A stretch of DNA of 55,843 nucleotides, counting the filler, from Sphacelaria rigidula (taxonomy: Eukaryota), in assembly GCA_964200075.2 (NCBI GenBank). It is 6 parts of 6 records of this genome, joined end to end, with 100 filler letters (N's around TTAATTAATTAA, not from the genome) between each part and the next. Parts side by side here need not be neighbours in the genome. Positions count along the whole stretch, not along the records: positions 1 to 9,225 come from CAXNAA020008999.1; positions 9,326 to 18,550 come from CAXNAA020009000.1; 4 more parts are not named here. The stretch is one strand, 5' to 3'. Under the pieces are notes generated by a model that was not told where the DNA came from, did no database searches, and saw only the letters and a list, made by a program, of their open reading frames with translations. Position 1 is the first letter of the stretch. Every line of letters starts with the position of its first letter. Of the stretch, positions 1 through 10,137 are shown piece after piece. Position numbers and translations under genes: made by a program.

Positions 1-127
1 TGGGACAAATCATCACGACTCAAAATCACCAATAATTCCAGCGATCAACTTTTGTCTCCCTTTTGGGCAATCAGGCCGAAGAAATCGTGGAATTATTGGT
101 GATTTTGAGTCGTGATGATTTGTCCCA
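1..127. repeat. Perfect 40-bp inverted repeat (hairpin core of a MITE-like element truncated by the scaffold start)
   Basis: 1-40 TGGGACAAATCATCACGACTCAAAATCACCAATAATTCCA is the exact reverse complement of 88-127. It is followed by an arm (128-215) similar to 474-563. Related sequence occurs at ~12460-12515. Confidence 0.85.
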
Positions 128-274
128 TGGAAAGGTTCGGTATTCGCACATACGTCCTGTACATCGTGTCGAAATTTCATCGAAAACAGCTTGAAATCGA
201 ACAGCATAAATGCGTTTGAATTATTTGTAACTGGTCCACCTCCATATACTATGGTGAGCGCTTGTCGACGGAAT

Positions 275-563
275 GACGCATATTCTTCGCTCAATTTCGG
301 ACGGTTTTCGATGAAACTTTGACACGATGTACGGGACGTATGTGGAAATACCATCCCTTCCATCCTCCCCCCTTTTTTTTTCTCCGTGAGTTATTGATGA
401 CGGAACATTTCAGAATATTTTTTCGGAACAAAATTGCCAATAACTCACGAAGACGAGAAGAAAAAAACAGGGAATGGAAGGTTTGGTATTCGCACATATG
501 TCCTGTACATCGTGTAAAAAATTCATTGAAAACGATCCAAAATTGAGCGAAGACTATGCGTTT
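275..563. mobile_element. MITE-like element with ~90-bp imperfect terminal inverted repeats
   Basis: 275-363 is an imperfect reverse complement of 474-563. The opposite-strand ORFs begin near-identically (MEGMVFPHTSRTSCQSFIENRPKLSEEYA / MEGLVFAHMSCTSCKKFIENDPKLSEDYA). No credible coding capacity. Confidence 0.7.
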
Positions 564-594
564 CAACATTACGGGTGGATCGTAGACAGTACTA

Positions 595-1800
595 CGAGCC
601 GGGCCAGCCTGAAAACGGATTTAAGCTCTAGAAGCAATATCTCATCGACACAGACGAGTTGGGCCGTGATCCGCATATCGTATTAATCGTCTAATCAAGG
701 GGGAGGTGCCCATCTACTCAAAAGTCTGGGCCAGTGTTTTCTCGTTGATTAAACCCCATGTCAAGAAATTCCCATACCATACGGCGATAGCGTCCACACT
801 AGAATCTATATGAAACCCCGAACGATACATTCAGCGGATGATCACGATTTTTGGCGTGGACCTTCGTTGGGGCACGGGGAGACGATAGATACCCTCACCT
901 TCACCTACTTCGTAAGATATCTCGAGATATGGCACACATGAGTTTCCACACCACAATCAATATATTACGAGCAGAGGCACTAGATGCTCTATATCTGGAT
1001 ATCGCGTCTCAGTTTTCGAGAGTTCTAAGAAATTTCGTATGGACAACCGCTAGAGCATAATAAAATAAAATAAAACGACTTGCTAGCTTTTTTCCTCTTC
1101 GTTTTTTTCGTTTTTTCTGTGTTTTCAGTGAAGTTTCAGGGAGAAATGAACATTGCTCTTGATTCTTATCTCAAAGTTTCAGCCCAGTTTTCAGAATTGT
1201 GATTTAAAACTTAGCATGGAGAACCACGAAGGTGTGCCGAATAAAAATAAAAGTGGGTCTCTATTTTTTTGTTCATATGGGTTAGGGCGTTCTCGTGTAG
1301 AAGTGATCTTTATCATACTAGAACGCCCTAAAGCGATGAAGAACAATCAATCTGACCCGCTGAGTTTTGTTAATTATGCCCTACGCGAGGGCCCACACAA
1401 AATTTCAATGCACAAAAAACAAACGTGGACTGGTGAGTGACCTGCCTTATACTGTTCCGAAGTTGTACCGACCCGGTTTTTGAAAGGCGAATGCGCCGGC
1501 CAATATTTAGAGTTGGAGCGTAAACTCTGGTATGAAAAAAGGAATTACAGAAGCACCAAGAGTTTTTTTGTTTTCTTTCATGAGTTGAGGGCAATCATCA
1601 GTTTTCAGGTATCTGTAAAATGCCCTTGACTCACGAAAAAAAACAACTTCTGGTGCTTCTGTACCTTTTTTTCCATCCCCTATGCGTTGTCCATTCCAAA
1701 TTCCAGGGTCCAATTCTTAATATTGGCAGACGCATTCGCCTGCAAACTTCAAATCAGCCTCTACGCTGGCCCATACGGGGGGGTACACGGCAGTATAGGA
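595..1800 (+). mobile_element. Non-coding Tc1/mariner-type element, terminus TA|CGAGC(C/T)GGGCCAG, with internal palindrome ~1490-1740
   Basis: The same terminus next to TA occurs at 595, 1826, 7897 (inverted) and 25451 (inverted), with a degenerate copy at ~35320-35470. 595-1230 is homologous to ~24830-25451 (minus); 670-760 and 1220-1740 are homologous to 8520-9225 (minus). The right boundary is approximate. Confidence 0.65.
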
Positions 1801-2162
1801 TGAAGATGCCAGTTTGCACACAGTACGAGCTGGGCCAGAAGCGATCGGGGGAGGTATTTGCTTCACGTCTTCTTACACCGACACAGGAAGCGTGGCATAG
1901 TCAAATCTTCAGGTCTTTGTACCTCGCCTTGGCGTGCACGCCCCTTTGAATTCCGCTGACCATATTTTTGGTACCTTCCCGCTCTTGGTCCCCCCCCGCC
2001 CCCTATTCATATATTTGGAACCGTATGATAGGGTCAACATCTCTCACTGTATTTTAATAGGGGTATTTTTTCGTCGTAAATTTCCGCAAAATACGATGGG
2101 AAAATACAAACCGGAAAAAACGGCCTCAGATTCTCACATACTCGTATGCTTTTTCTATTGCC

Positions 2163-2379
2163 GCGCCCCGGTGGTGTAATGGTCCGACTATCGCCAATAG
2201 AGTGGGGAGAACGGGGGTTCGATTCCCGACACGTTGGGTTTTTGTTTCGTAACGTATGATTTCCACCGTGGAAAGCGTGAGCACGTGAGTAAACAAAGTG
2301 GTCGACTGTGTTTGTGTGACGTGGGTTGACGTCGTGCGGGAGTGCTGACGCAATCCGCGAGACCAAAACGAAAGGAACG
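2163..2379 (+). mobile_element. tRNA-derived SINE, family A
   Basis: Pol III A box TGGTGTAATGG and B box GGTTCGATTCC without a complete acceptor stem. The body is homologous to 36879-37110 (shared GTGCGGGAGTGCTGAC.CAATCCGCGAGACCAAAA). Confidence 0.75.
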
Positions 2380-2381
2380 TA

Positions 2382-2611
2382 CCGGGGGAGAGATTGGTTG
2401 ATCCCTTGAGACCACGGACTTATCCCGAGGGAGGGGAGGGGTTCAAAGTGTCAGGAAAAAAAAAAAAGTGTCCATGCGATTCTCCACTCTGAGCCGTATC
2501 TAAGCCACATTTGGAAAGGCCGCATTTTTTTTTTCCCTCACACTTTGAACCCCCCCCCCCTTCCTCGGGATGAGCCCGTGGTCTCAAGGGATCAACCTAT
2601 CTCTCCCCCGG
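2382..2611. mobile_element. TA-flanked MITE (Tc1/mariner-type) with ~90-bp TIRs
   Basis: TA|CCGGGGGAGAGATTGGTTGATCCCTTGAGACCACGG ... CCGTGGTCTCAAGGGATCAACCTATCTCTCCCCCGG|TA. One mismatch in the first 36 bp; TA on both sides. Confidence 0.85.
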
Positions 2612-2696
2612 TACAATGTAAGCCACATTCTGATGTACCGTCGGAGAATGGTTGAAGGGTTGTACGGTGGCTCTAGATGCCTTAAAGTTTTGTTAA

Positions 2697-3146
2697 CCCT
2701 TCGCACGTCGGACAGCTTGTGAGCTCGCTCATCTGTGGGTTGTAGATCACTTCACACCCTAGACAATAGATTGCATTCCCGAAAGTCTACTGCGTACAGT
2801 GCGGAATCTTTTGTCTATTGCATTAGACGCCATAGACGACACCGTACGCAGTACACTTTTTGACAGTGTAATCCATAGTCCAGAATGTGGCTCACTTGTA
2901 GTAAAATATGTACAGGGCAAACATGCGCTGATAAGCTGCCGGTTGGTAACTCGCCCAGGACAAACATCCGTAGCTCATGTAGCTCTCATAGCTCACCCAG
3001 AGCAATCGTGCGTAGCTCATGTAGCTCCCATAGCTCTCATAGCTCACCCAGGGAAAACATGCGTAGTTCGTGTAGCTCTCATAGCTGGAGCTACGCTAAA
3101 GAAGAGCTAGCTGCAGCTACAGGGAGCTGGTCTATCCGACGTGTGT
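2697..3146. mobile_element. Possible piggyBac-type non-autonomous element containing an AGCT-rich tandem repeat
   Basis: Left end TTAA|CCCTTCGCACGTCGGACAGC; degenerate inverted end TCCGACGTGTG near 3135-3146. The same motif pair occurs at ~11308-11330 and ~11546-11566. About three internal copies of GTAGCTCATGTAGCTCTCATAGCTCACCCAG at ~2950-3090. Confidence 0.45.
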
Positions 3147-3539
3147 AACCTTTAGACCGCGAACATCGCCTCGGTATAGTCCGAGTCCATCTTCGGGGGG
3201 TTCGCAGTCAAAGGGTTGCGTGAATGTCGGGTGTGTAGGAGGAAGAGAAATCCCCTGGTTGGACAGGGGATTCATAAATACTGTCCCCGGGTTTTTCACT
3301 ACAAAGGTAATTTTTTGCCCTGACGCGGGCAGTATTTTGCCAAATTATTGCTGGGGTTGCAACGCGCCACATACCAAGCACAACGGTACGCACAAGCGGC
3401 GTAAGTTTAAGGAAGGGTTGTGAAAAAATCCCCTTGGTAGACTGACTAAATGGACAAAGGAGCCCCAAATATGTTCACCGCGGTTTCCACCGCAAACATC
3501 AATTTTCAATTTCGGCACTGAGGCGTGTACTATCACAAA

Positions 3540-3870
3540 CATTTACAAGTTGCGGGTGTATTTTCGTGTCAAATGCCCCTTGGGAACGTTCATCAGCATC
3601 GAAATATTATCGAAAAATAAATCCGAGTGCACTCGCCGGCCGTGATGTGTGGCCTCGCCCATCTTCAGAAGAATCCGTCCGCAATTTGTGTAATCCCGTG
3701 TTAACAGGGATTCTGACAAAGAAAAAAGAACATCTATATTGTTCGGTATGAACACGGCCGGAGAGTGCATTTGCAGTTTCATTCCGAAAAATATTTCGAT
3801 GCTTGTGAAAGTTCCCGAGGTTCGTCCCCAACAAAAAAAATCACCCGCTTTTGTAAAACCCATGTTTTTG
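3540..3870. repeat. Dispersed repeat homologous to ~31620-31830
   Basis: Shared blocks GCATCGAAAT, TGATGTGTGGCCTCGC.CATC.TCA and AATCCCGTGT.AACAGGG on two different scaffolds. Confidence 0.65.
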
Positions 3871-4021
3871 GTATCGACGCGTTTATTTTCATAGCAAATC
3901 TTGTTTGATTAATTCGCCACCTAAAGTATGACCCACCGATACCACGGCATGCACAGGCCGTACACCGATACAGCAGGAAGAACGTCATGTTGGGTAGTCG
4001 TTATACCGGCGGGGGGAAATC

Positions 4022-5516
4022 CAGGATTATTACCTTGCACGTTGCACGTTACACGTCACGTCACGTCACGTCACACTTGTGACGTATTGATCCATTATGC
4101 ATGACGTCACAGTAACGTATTTTGAAACCTTTATTGTGACGTGTAATGTTAAAAATACGTTACGTTTGGGACGTGTGACGTAAAAAAAAAGTTAACCTTG
4201 CACTTCGACTGTGTTGAGGGCGAATGAATGCTACGTACGACGCTGTAACGTTTTATGTAGCGTGGCTTGGTACGGGAGGTTCACGGTCGCTGCCTTCTTC
4301 GAGCGTGAGGCGCGTCCTGACCGCTACTCTGACATTGTAAGGATGGTTTTCAGGTCGTGTATCGTTCATGCGTACCTCACTCTCACGTTGCAATTTTGAA
4401 GAGATACATGAGTACATTCTTGATGCACGATGATCAGACAGTGAGATACCAAGATGCGCGCAGGCTATGATGTACGCATACAAACGCAAGCATGTACAGA
4501 TCATACGTTGGTGATACCTGGTAGTCGGTTGGCATTTCGTAGAGCATCAAAACATAGCAATTTGATTCTGTGTTATAATTAATTTCTTACCCAGCAGGGC
4601 GCTTGTGCAGATCTATCCTGGTACTACTACACATGAAGTGATGATCCGCTGCGAATTTAGCCGTGTTCACAGGGCGGATGTCATCAAGGTAGAAACACAT
4701 GATGGCTACATTGTGCCAAGAAGAGAAACAAAAACTATCACAGATCGTATACATTTGTGACGTCTTCGAAAAATACGTCACGTCACGTCACACCGTTGTT
4801 ACGTGACGTTTGAGACGTGTAACGATAAGCGCCCTGATTTTGATGACGTAAGCACACTCTTCTTGAACCCATGTATCATACCATATCATATATGCATTCA
4901 TGTACATGTATATGTGTGTTGTCGTCCCATTTATTCTGGACGCCGGTCTACACCTTTCGGTATATGTGGGCGCACCAGCCGGGGTCACACAGGAGGAAGG
5001 CCAATACAGGAGTTTTTTTTTTCTCCACCTCCCTTCTGCGGTGCTTGCCTTTATGTTTTTTCGCGAGAGGGGTTCAGAAGTCCCTTTCCCTCGTCCACCG
5101 TTAAGCCGAAATGTGGATACCCACGACGTAGTCGCTCTCCACTGTTGGGCATTGTATGAGGAAAAATCCCAGGTTGCTCCGAGATTCGAACCCACGACCC
5201 AACCGTCACAAGATTTTGAGGTTACCAACTGAGCCACCGGGGCGACCAGCGTCATGTATGTGCACACGAATCTCACACTAATTGTGGTACAAGTTAAGCT
5301 AGTAACGTTTGCGATGTTCATTTAGACGTCACAAACATGTCACGTGTAATATACATTATACGTTACAAGAAATGTTCCAAAATACGTTGATGTGACGTCT
5401 CGATATAAATACGTCACATCACGTCGCAATTTTTCACGGTCATGTCACATCACACCGTTGTGACGTAGCGTTTGTGACGTGCAACGAATGTGTGACGTGT
5501 AATGTAAAGAGCCCTG
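4022..5516. mobile_element. Nested hAT-like non-autonomous element(s) with dense subterminal TGACGT/ACGTCA repeats
   Basis: Right ends GCCCTG (CAGGGC on the other strand) at 4836 and 5516 are each preceded by ACGTGTAA and TGACGT clusters. The mirror cluster CACGTTACACGTCACGTCAC lies at 4045-4075. CAGGG termini are typical of hAT elements. Confidence 0.5.
4900..5247 (-). mobile_element. tRNA-derived SINE, family B
   Basis: Minus strand reads GTCGCCCCGGTGGCTCAGTTGGTAACCT (A box) ... GGGTTCGAATCTC (B box) ... CCCAACAGTGGAGAGCGACTA. Homologues at 18651-18800 and 38800-38885. Confidence 0.8.
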
Positions 5517-5799
5517 AAAAAAACAACAAAAACAGTGGTCAAAACCACTTGGTGCCCCCTCTATACGTACCAATAGTGGTTCCGGACGCCACCCAGCACA
5601 CACCCATCTATTTACAGCAGTCATTTGGCCATAGAAAATCACCAACAGCAGTGGGGGAAAAATTGAGCCCCTCTTCGGCAAAGCGTGCAAGCGCAAGCAA
5701 CTCCGGCAACATTGCTCCCCCTGTTCGAACCACTAGTGCAGCATTCGCCACAGCTCATACCTCGTCGCTGACAGGGAAGGCGCTCGCGATAGACACACC

Positions 5800-7090
5800 G
5801 CGATGCTCCGCCGTCTGCTTGTGTTGATGGAACATCTTCAAGGGTGTTTGTCACCCCCCCCCAGCATGATCTCTGACAAAACGACCTGGCAGATTGTCCA
5901 CATTCTTTCAAGGACAGCGGGCTCTTTTTTTACTGGGACAACCCCCCCTTGACTTCGTTGATGATTCGTTGAGGAGGTCGGCCATCCTGTTCAGCGCGGT
6001 ACGGTCTGGTAGGGACTGAATGAAATCGAAGAAACCAAGGTTGACAATAGTAATTCCGGGGCTGTTGGGCGGCTGGTTTTCGAGCTTGATGTTTCAGCGT
6101 CAGCAGTACCCGCCGCCAGGGCCTCCGGGTCGTTGTTGACGCGGTGGGTCGGCGCGTTATCCTCATGAACCAGAATATTCCCTGGCTCTCGTTCTCTAGG
6201 CCACACAAGGCCCCGTCTAATATGTTCCGCTTGTAAACTTCCTTCGTCACCTCGACCATCCACGTCTCCTTGGTGCCAGGAGCCCTGTTTCTCCTGCTGC
6301 GTTGGGCCTGCACATGTCTCATGCATGGGAAGATGCCGATCCTTCCCTTTAAATTGCGGTTCGGGCTGTACCTTGACCACAGGCAGTCCCTCCTCTCCAC
6401 GTAGGTGGTACTTCTACCCGTGTTTGTACTTGTAAAAACCATTTCTCGTCGACCATAGCGACCCTTTTCATCTCGTCAAACACTGATGTGTATCGGCAGC
6501 GGACTGTCGCATCCAGCGCAACGCCCAAGGCAGTCTGGTAGCTTTTGCCGTGTTCTGTTAGTCGCGGCTTGAGGTATCGATGGGAAGTGTGCATGCCAAG
6601 CTTCTCCATGTTCCTCCTCAGCGCCGTCTGCGAGACCCCCATCTATGAAGCAACTGATCGCTTGTTAGCCCGGTTTTTCAGGGAAATGTGGAGCAATATC
6701 TCGCGGGTGGCCGCCAAGTCGATTCCTTCCTTGCCCGAGTTTCCAACACATTTGCTACGCAAGGCTGCAGCAACGATACCAGCATCCTCCTGCTACTTAT
6801 ATCGTTTCCACACGGCGGAAAGTTGGTAACGCGAGCAAGCAACCATTTGCGTGACTCGTTGCATGTCGCCCTTGGCCAACTTGCTGCGATTGCTATCCTT
6901 GAGGAACTCCTCCGTCAAAGCGCGTTCCTCATCTTCTCTTTGATTATTTCTGGTAACCTTCTCGGCAGCGCCTCCAGCAACGGACGTGTCGACCAGAAGA
7001 TGGGAAGGCCTCTAACCGGAGATTATTGTGCCAGAGCCCTGTTAGCCTCCTCCACTTCGGGCGTTGCTGTAGAGGACAAGTCTGTGCCAT
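5800..7090 (-). pseudogene. Degenerate Tc1/mariner transposase, plant-type (DD39D-like)
   Basis: Motifs in order across stops and frameshifts: KLAKG..AVWKR, GNSGKEGID, GVSQTALRR..LKPRLT, VAMVDEKWF (first D), KGRIGIFP, AQRSRRNRAPGTKET, VHEDNAPTH (second D), QPPNSPGITIVNLGFFDFIQSL (third-D region, mutated), QVVLSEIMLGGG. Confidence 0.9.
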
Positions 7091-7554
7091 TTTTGATAAA
7101 CTAACGGATTTGATAGTCCCGTGGGTTTCCTCGAGAATTACGAGAAAAAAAGGTTCGAAAACAAGTAACGAAGTCATGTAGCGATAGGTTTCGTTCTTGT
7201 TTTATTTCGGGTACGTCTATCGTGTTGCCACTGCTGGATCCGTGGGAGATTAGTCAACGTGCAATCATTATCATCATCATATCCAATGTGGCTTATATTA
7301 GGGCTTAGAGTAGAACAAATTTCAAAGTACAACCCTCAAAACCGAGCTGCACAATCGAGATTTCGCGCATGTAGTGTAATATATCTGGCATATCCATATA
7401 GAATATAATTTCCATTCGGGATATCCATCTGGACAATGTATGTGCATCTGGGGTATCCGTCGGAGATATTGATATTCATCTGGATATGACTATTCATCTG
7501 GGAGTTCCATTTGGGGTGTTCATATATTGAGTTTCGTGTGGAATCTTATTCAAG

Positions 7555-7897
7555 CCAAATCTCTCGATAAATGACGGATTCAGGTCAAGGTGAGGGTATC
7601 GGTCGGTTTTCTGTGCCCCAAAGACTATTCACCCCCAACAATCAGCGTCATCCACTGATTACATTGTGAAGGGGTTTCGCATAAACTTTAGTATCGAGAT
7701 ATCTCCGTAAGTCATCGGATTTACTCGATATGGCGTTTAATCAACGAGAAAGCATCTGGTCGACCGGTTAAGTAGATGAGTATCTGCCCCTTATTTTTAT
7801 AGGATTGACAATATGTGCGGATCACGACCCAATTCGTCTGCGTCGATAAAATGTGGCTATGATCAGTTAAAAATCGTTTTTAGGCTGGCCCAGCTCG
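7555..7897 (-). mobile_element. Mariner-type terminal region, inverted homologue of 595-935
   Basis: Ends GGCTGGCCCAGCTCG|TA. Its reverse complement shares ATCGAC.CAGACGA.TTGGG.CGTGATCCGCA, CTCGTTGATTAAAC and GATACCCTCACCTT with 595-935. Confidence 0.75.
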
Positions 7898-8479
7898 TAG
7901 CTCTCGCGGTAACCGGGGCAAGGCGATGGATGAACAGTACTGCAGGGTAGCTGCACTGGACTTTGCTTCTACGCTGTATGGTACAGACGGGCAGACAGCA
8001 GTGTGTAGTTAGTTGATACAGGAATAGACTGTTATTTTAGCACCTAGTGCGACGCTCTCACGCCGTGATGAGCAGGTGCTGTACGTTGCAACGTTCTGGT
8101 ACATCATGTATCAGTATGTACATGTGGGTCCTGACCCGTGCTGTTGCTTTGCACCGTCCGTGCTTGGTACAACGACGACGACCGTACCATGTGCCGCGTG
8201 TCGAGCAACTCCGGACTTGCCCCCGCTGGAGACAGAGGAAGACACTACTTAACACACCCCGGGCAACAGATTCTATTGTCGAAAAATGTACTGCGTACAG
8301 TATGGAATCTATTGTCTATTGCAATAGGCACAATAGTCGATATTGTACGCTGTACACTTCTTGACTGTGTATTCTGTTGTCCAGGGTATTAATTTAGCGG
8401 TGTGCAGCACTTTTTTCCACAGCGTTCGTCTTAAGAGCGATCATCTGCCACTACCGCATGCAATAACTGTCCACGAGCC

Positions 8480-9225
8480 GGTCAAGCCTAGAGGCGGATT
8501 TGAAGTTTGCAGGCCCATGATCTTTCATATATATAGAGTTGGGCCCTGAAATTTGGTGTGGACAATGCATAGAGCATAAAAAAAAATTACGTCGGTACCA
8601 AAAGTTTTTTTTTCATGAGTGAAGGGTATTTTACTCATATGATTATTGCCCTTAACTCATGGAAGATTTTTTTTTTGGTACCGACGTAATTTTTTTTCAT
8701 GTCCTATGCATTGTCAAACCAAATTTCAGGGCCCAACTCTAAATATATGAAAGAGCATGAGCTTATCAAAAACCGGGTCGGTAGAAATTCGGAACATTAT
8801 TTCGCAGGCCATTCACCGGCCCACGTTTGGTTTTCGTGTAATGAAATTTTGTGTGGGCGCTCTCTAAGGCATAATGAACAAAAAAAGTGGGTCAGGTTAA
8901 TTTTTTCATCTTGTTTTTCACTGTCTAGGGCGTTCTGCGATAGTGAATATCGTTTCTTCACGAGAACGCCCTAACCTCTATGAAAAAAAAATGAAGACTC
9001 ATTTTTTTTTTATTCGGCACTATTTTGTGGTTCTCCACACCAAAATTCGTCGCCATCCGCCAAATGCATCGATCGGGAGTTTCATAGAGATTTTAGTGTT
9101 GGCGCTATCTCCCTTAGGTATAGGAATTACTAAACATGGGGTTTAATCAACGAGAAAATATGGGTCCAAACTTTTGAGCAGGTGCGCACCTTCCCCTTGA
9201 TTAGATTATTAATACGATATGCGGA
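8480..9225 (-). mobile_element. Further copy of the same family, with a strong palindrome at 8521-8754; truncated by the scaffold end
   Basis: TCTTTCATATATATAGAGTTGGGCCCTGAAATTTGG ... CCAAATTTCAGGGCCCAACTCTAAATATATGAAAGA. 9135-9225 is a close reverse complement of 670-760. Confidence 0.75.
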
Positions 9226-9325
9226 NNNNNNNNNNNNNNNNNNNNNNNNNNNNNNNNNNNNNNNNNNNNTTAATTAATTAANNNNNNNNNNNNNNNNNNN
9301 NNNNNNNNNNNNNNNNNNNNNNNNN
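9226..9325. other. Artificial scaffold spacer N44-TTAATTAATTAA-N44
   Basis: Exactly 100 nt, with stop codons in all six frames; identical to four other spacers. Confidence 0.97.
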
Positions 9326-9450
9326 ATGCCACTTCAGCCCCATATTTTGTTTGAACCCCAAAATATAAAATCGGCTGTTCAGTGTTATCGATGCAGACTT
9401 CCTCCTCGCACTGTTAAACAAATGTATAGAGAAAGGGAAATGTCACTTAC

Positions 9451-10137
9451 GCCCAAAAACCGCCCAAAATAAGCGGTGCAGGTCGAGGACAAGGCCCGGA
9501 GAGTTTTAATTCGCTGGCAAAACCCAAGTAAAACAGCAGCGTTTCTTGTGTTATCTGTAGTCCGATTGCGCGTTCTGTGCCCCAACCCCTGCATGCGATG
9601 AAAGATATCTCCATCCCACAGATCACACGAGTCACGTCTATTCTAAGTGCTTTTGTAGCTCTGGTGTGTAGCAGCAGACACTTCCTCACGTGCCAAAATG
9701 GTCCGACATCTTCGTCAACGAAAAGGTCGAGCTGAGACAAATGTTTGCAAATATCGCAGCATCGGGTGTATGGTGTGGTACATATTGCGGGTCGTCAACG
9801 AGCCTTTTGGCAAGGGTAGATAAGTAATAATATCATCAGCGCGCGCGCGGTGGTACACCGTGAGTTCTGTATCCATGGCACCGATCCCATGGGTGTGGGT
9901 CTCTGCACGATAAAATTAGAAAAAAAAAGAAAAAAAAACGTACGAGAATAATGTACACAAGTGGTACGGGAGGTCCTAGCAAGCGCGAGGTGAGTCATGA
10001 CACCACTATCTGACATCCGTCGTGAGTTGCGTAGAGTAGACGGTTTCCATCGGAAGCCCTGAACGCGAACAACCTCATGTATCGCACCGGGTCTCAACTC
10101 TTGGTGTCAAAGGGGACATGCACCCTTTCGAGCGTAC
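9451..10137 (-). pseudogene. Chain of three exon-like segments (10137-9944, 9731-9690, 9554-9451) of an unidentified decayed gene
   Basis: Each has a CAG acceptor and a GTACGT, GTGAGG or GTAAGT donor. The phases join to give ..PVPLVYIIL|LDLFVDEDVGPFWH|ITQETLLFYLGF.. The first segment has two in-frame TGA codons. Confidence 0.35.

Noticed and set aside
2163..2235. tRNA genes here and at 5170-5247, 18725-18800, 36879-36955 and 38800-38870
   Set aside because: A and B boxes are present but no complete cloverleaf or acceptor stem is evident, and most continue into shared repeat bodies, so they are SINE heads.
2950..3090. CRISPR-like array
   Set aside because: Degenerate tandem units without unique spacers, eukaryotic context, and no cas genes.
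8188..8225. 38-nt minus-strand exon (CAG|..GASPELLDTRHM|GTACGG)
   Set aside because: Splice signals are plausible, but it is too short, has no partner exons and no recognisable homology.
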